Shown: piece by piece, positions 61,281 to 64,000 of the stretch
Position numbering within the stretch: the first letter of the stretch is position 1
Layout of the letters: the number at the start of each line of letters is the position of its first letter
From: Fibrobacterota bacterium
GTDB lineage: Bacteria > Fibrobacterota > Fibrobacteria > UBA11236
Assembly: GCA_043753995.1 (NCBI GenBank)
Contig: JAYUVP010000249.1
Span: 1 to 64,000 of the forward strand
Length of the DNA stretch: 64,000 nucleotides
Reading direction: 5' to 3'
The notes under the pieces: model-generated
Databases searched by the model: none
What the model saw: the letters and a program-made list of their open reading frames with translations, nothing else
What the model was told of the DNA's origin: nothing
Position numbers and translations under genes: made by a program

Positions 61281-62101
61281 TATTTCACCTTGGTCACGAC
61301 GGTCGTCGTTTGCGTGCCGGGATCGCTCATGAGCATAATGGTGGTGATGCCGACTAGAGTCACCGCAGCTGCACCTCCCGCCACCCACAGCCAGGTTTTA
61401 TTGCCTTTGCCGTCGCCGGAGGTCGCAGCGGCGTTACCCCCCGCCTGAGATGCCGGATCCGAGGTCTTGGCACCTGCCGACCCAATAACCGCATTAGCTC
61501 CCGTGTCAGGCCTCACCTCGATGAGATTACGCCCGGTCGAGTCAATGGGATAGCCGAAAGTCTTCAAGTTCTTGCGTACGCGCTCGCGCTCGGCCACGCT
61601 ATCGCTGTCGCTGGCGGTGCGATCATAACGCTTGCGCACCTCACGAAACATGTCCAGAATGGCATCACCCACTTCGAGGTCTTCCAAATCTTGGCGCGGA
61701 TCGAGCTTAAGCATTTGATACAGAAAAGATTCTGCCTTGCGACGCGTTCCCATGTCGGCGCCATACACCACACCGAGGTATTTATAGATGAAAATGCTGT
61801 CTTCCTTGTCGCGAATGCGGCGATCGCGGCGCATGTTTTCCAAAAGGGCGATGAGTTGATCGAAGTCGCCGCCATGATAAAGCTCTTCCACCGTTTTTTT
61901 ATCGAGCACGGCTGATTTTTTCAACTTGGTCGCCGAGGTTTTCGCGGGCGACGCAGCGGGGGTGGCCTTGGTCGTGTTCGTTGAGTTCGCGGTCGTAGTT
62001 GCGGGCGTGGCTTTTTCGGGTTGCGGCGTTGCCGACCATGAAGTCATGACCCCAAAAACCGTAAGCGCGAGAAACCCGGCCAAGGTGCTGAAAAACCTCA
62101 T
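61280..62101 (-). CDS. Exported TPR-like helical protein with C-terminal membrane segment (paralogue of 11378..12049)
   Basis: YHGGDF..FIYKYLGVVYG..KAESFLYQMLKLDP; WLWVAGGAAAVTLVG; TAATG overlap with the lipoprotein gene. Confidence 0.7.
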   Translation of the reverse strand: MRFFSTLAGFLALTVFGVMTSWSATPQPEKATPATTTANSTNTTKATPAASPAKTSATKLKKSAVLDKKTVEELYHGGDFDQLIALLENMRRDRRIRDKEDSIFIYKYLGVVYGADMGTRRKAESFLYQMLKLDPRQDLEDLEVGDAILDMFREVRKRYDRTASDSDSVAERERVRKNLKTFGYPIDSTGRNLIEVRPDTGANAVIGSAGAKTSDPASQAGGNAAATSGDGKGNKTWLWVAGGAAAVTLVGITTIMLMSDPGTQTTTVVTKVK

Positions 62102-62265
62102 GTGTACACCCCTTTTCACTACGCAAAGGTATCAAAGCGATTCGAACGGCTTCAAAGCATGATACACTTGCGGGGGTGGCTTCTGCCTCCCCCGGCTTGG
62201 CCCGCAAATATCTCCAAGCCCGGTCGGCCTCGCCTTCCCCACCGGCGACCTACCTTTGCCTGCCT

Positions 62266-64000
62266 ATGTTCTCGCCAAATTCAAATGCGAAGCCCCGCCC
62301 CGAAGTGCTGGCTCCCGTCGCCAGCATGGAAATGGCTCAGGCCGCGGTGCAAAACGGCGCGAATGCCATCTATGTGGGCTTTCCCGGTTTCAATGCGCGG
62401 GGCCGCACGCCGGATTTGGATCCCACGGCTTATGCGGAATTGGCCCAGCTCTGCCGCTTTCACGGGGTCAAGGTTTATGTGGCCCTCAATGTGCTCGTTT
62501 TTGAAGACGAGCTCGCCTCCCTCCTCGACACGGCCCGCACCCTCATCGCCTTGGGCATCGATGCCTTCATCGTGCAGGATTTGGGGGTCGCGCGCCTGTT
62601 ACGTCGCCTGCATCCGGGCGTGCGCTTGCATGCTTCGACGCAAATGACGGTGACGGCTCCCGAGGCGGTGGCCTTGACCGAGGATTTGCATCTGGCGCGA
62701 TATGTCCTAGCGCGCGAGCTTTCCCTGCAAGACATCGAAGCGGTGCGCCTTGGCACCGATAAAGAGCTGGAAGTCTTCGTGCACGGGGCCTTATGCGTTT
62801 CCTATTCCGGGCAATGCCTCACTTCCGAAAGCTTCGGAGGACGGTCGGCCAATCGCGGCCAATGCGCGCAAAGCTGCCGGCTCGACTATGATTTGCTCGT
62901 CGACGGAGAAAAGCGAGATTTAGGCGAGAAGCGCTACTTGGTTTCCCCGCAAGATCTCTGCGGCCTCGACGAAGTGCCGGCTCTCGCCGAATTGGGTGTG
63001 AATAGCCTCAAAATCGAAGGCCGCCTCAAGACTCCCGCTTATGTGGCCGCCGCCTCCAAAGCCTATCAAGAGGCCGTGCAGCGGGCCATGCCTGCGAAGA
63101 GCGAGGACGGCATTCCCACCGTCGATGCCTTGTCCGCCAAGGAAGCTCGGCGTGATTTGGCCGTTACTTATTCGCGCGGCTTTTTCTCAGGTTGGCTTCA
63201 CGGCGTGGATCATCAAGCCTTGGTACCCGCTACCTTCAGCCATCATCGCGGCCTAGCCCTGGGGCCGGTGCTTCGGCGCGAAGGCGATGCCGTGCTGGTG
63301 GCCGGGCCGCGCCGGCCGCAGCGTGGCGATGGCGTTTTATTCGTGGCCACCGAAGGCATGCCTTCGGATGACGGCGTGGCGGGCCGGGTTTATGAGGTCG
63401 AGTTCGCCCGCGAGGGGAATTGGCTGCGCTTCGACCGTAACTTACCCGTGACGCGCATCGAGGCCGGCTGGGTAGCCTATCTCAATGATTCTCCGGCCTT
63501 AGAGCATGATCTTACCGCCTCCTGGCGGGATCGCGAAACCCAGACCCGAGTCCCAGTCATTGCCGCCGTGCAAGCCATTCCCGGCGAGCCCTTGCGCCTC
63601 ACTCTCGACGATGGTCTCCGGCAAGTGACGGTGACGGGCGAGGAACCCCTCCTGCCCGCGCGCAATGCCCCGCTCGATGCCGGGCAATTAAACGAAGAGC
63701 TGGAGCGCATGCAAGGCGAGGGCTTTCAGCTCGAAAGCCTCGACGCCCACATCGCCGGGCCCGTTTTCCTGCACGGCAAGGCCTTGCGCAAATTGCGCCA
63801 AGCCGCTGTCGCCGAATTAAAAGCGGCACGATCCCTGGCCGCTCCTGTGGCGCTGGCCGAGGACGCGGCCGTGCTGTCCTGGATGGAAGAACAAGCTGCC
63901 GAATTGCGTTCGTCGGCTTCCCTGCCTGCCTACGCCTCCGAGCCTGCACCCACCGCGGCCCCCCGCCTTCATGTGTTGCTGCGCGAAATCGCCCAGGTCG
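62266..64000 (+). CDS. Peptidase U32-family Fe-S protein (long RlhA-like form), truncated by the window end
   Basis: Absent from the ORF track because it has no stop in the window. Translated by eye: PEVLAP, AIYVG, HASTQM, ARELS, HGALCVSYSGQC..SANRGQCAQSCR, LKIEGRLK. Confidence 0.9.
   Translation, partial: MFSPNSNAKPRPEVLAPVASMEMAQAAVQNGANAIYVGFPGFNARGRTPDLDPTAYAELAQLCRFHGVKVYVALNVLVFEDELASLLDTARTLIALGIDAFIVQDLGVARLLRRLHPGVRLHASTQMTVTAPEAVALTEDLHLARYVLARELSLQDIEAVRLGTDKELEVFVHGALCVSYSGQCLTSESFGGRSANRGQCAQSCRLDYDLLVDGEKRDLGEKRYLVSPQDLCGLDEVPALAELGVNSLKIEGRLKTPAYVAAASKAYQEAVQRAMPAKSEDGIPTVDALSAKEARRDLAVTYSRGFFSGWLHGVDHQALVPATFSHHRGLALGPVLRREGDAVLVAGPRRPQRGDGVLFVATEGMPSDDGVAGRVYEVEFAREGNWLRFDRNLPVTRIEAGWVAYLNDSPALEHDLTASWRDRETQTRVPVIAAVQAIPGEPLRLTLDDGLRQVTVTGEEPLLPARNAPLDAGQLNEELERMQGEGFQLESLDAHIAGPVFLHGKALRKLRQAAVAELKAARSLAAPVALAEDAAVLSWMEEQAAELRSSASLPAYASEPAPTAAPRLHVLLREIAQV

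Noticed and set aside
1..64000. CRISPR arrays, tRNA, rRNA, IS elements
   Set aside because: None recognised by eye; tRNAscan, Rfam and ISEScan would be needed to exclude them formally.

Overview
Chromosomal window from a GC-rich bacterium, most likely a Fibrobacterota member. This is an inference from two TIGR02147-like regulators paired with lipoproteins and a T9SS-type C-terminal tail. From left to right it holds: a secreted M6-protease-like protein whose HExxH is destroyed; a MASE1/PAS hybrid histidine kinase; a hipBA-like toxin-antitoxin pair; a ~640-bp intergenic region tiled with long stem-loops; a WcaJ-type priming sugar transferase; and a DUF4160/DUF2442-like pair whose first gene is frameshifted. 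Next comes a four-gene operon (TPR-like anchor, lipoprotein, two secreted collagen/tail-fibre-like proteins with duplicated N-halves and different tips), then hom. A ~23-kb fucose-containing surface-polysaccharide locus (gmd...fcl) follows, interrupted twice by TIGR02147 + Kelch-lipoprotein cassettes. After it lie an orphan DUF4157 (eCIS-associated) metalloprotein, an acyltransferase and rpmH-rnpA-yidD-yidC-mnmE. The window ends with an uncharacterised lipid/natural-product cluster (FabF, ACP, three desaturases, a DarB/StlD-type ketosynthase fused to a heme-oxygenase-like domain, a DUF6999-like gene), a ferredoxin, an Ig-repeat lipoprotein with three c-type heme motifs plus a second TPR-like partner, and a U32-family gene running off the end. 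No rRNA, tRNA, CRISPR array or transposase was recognised. All family assignments come from motif recognition by eye, not database searches.
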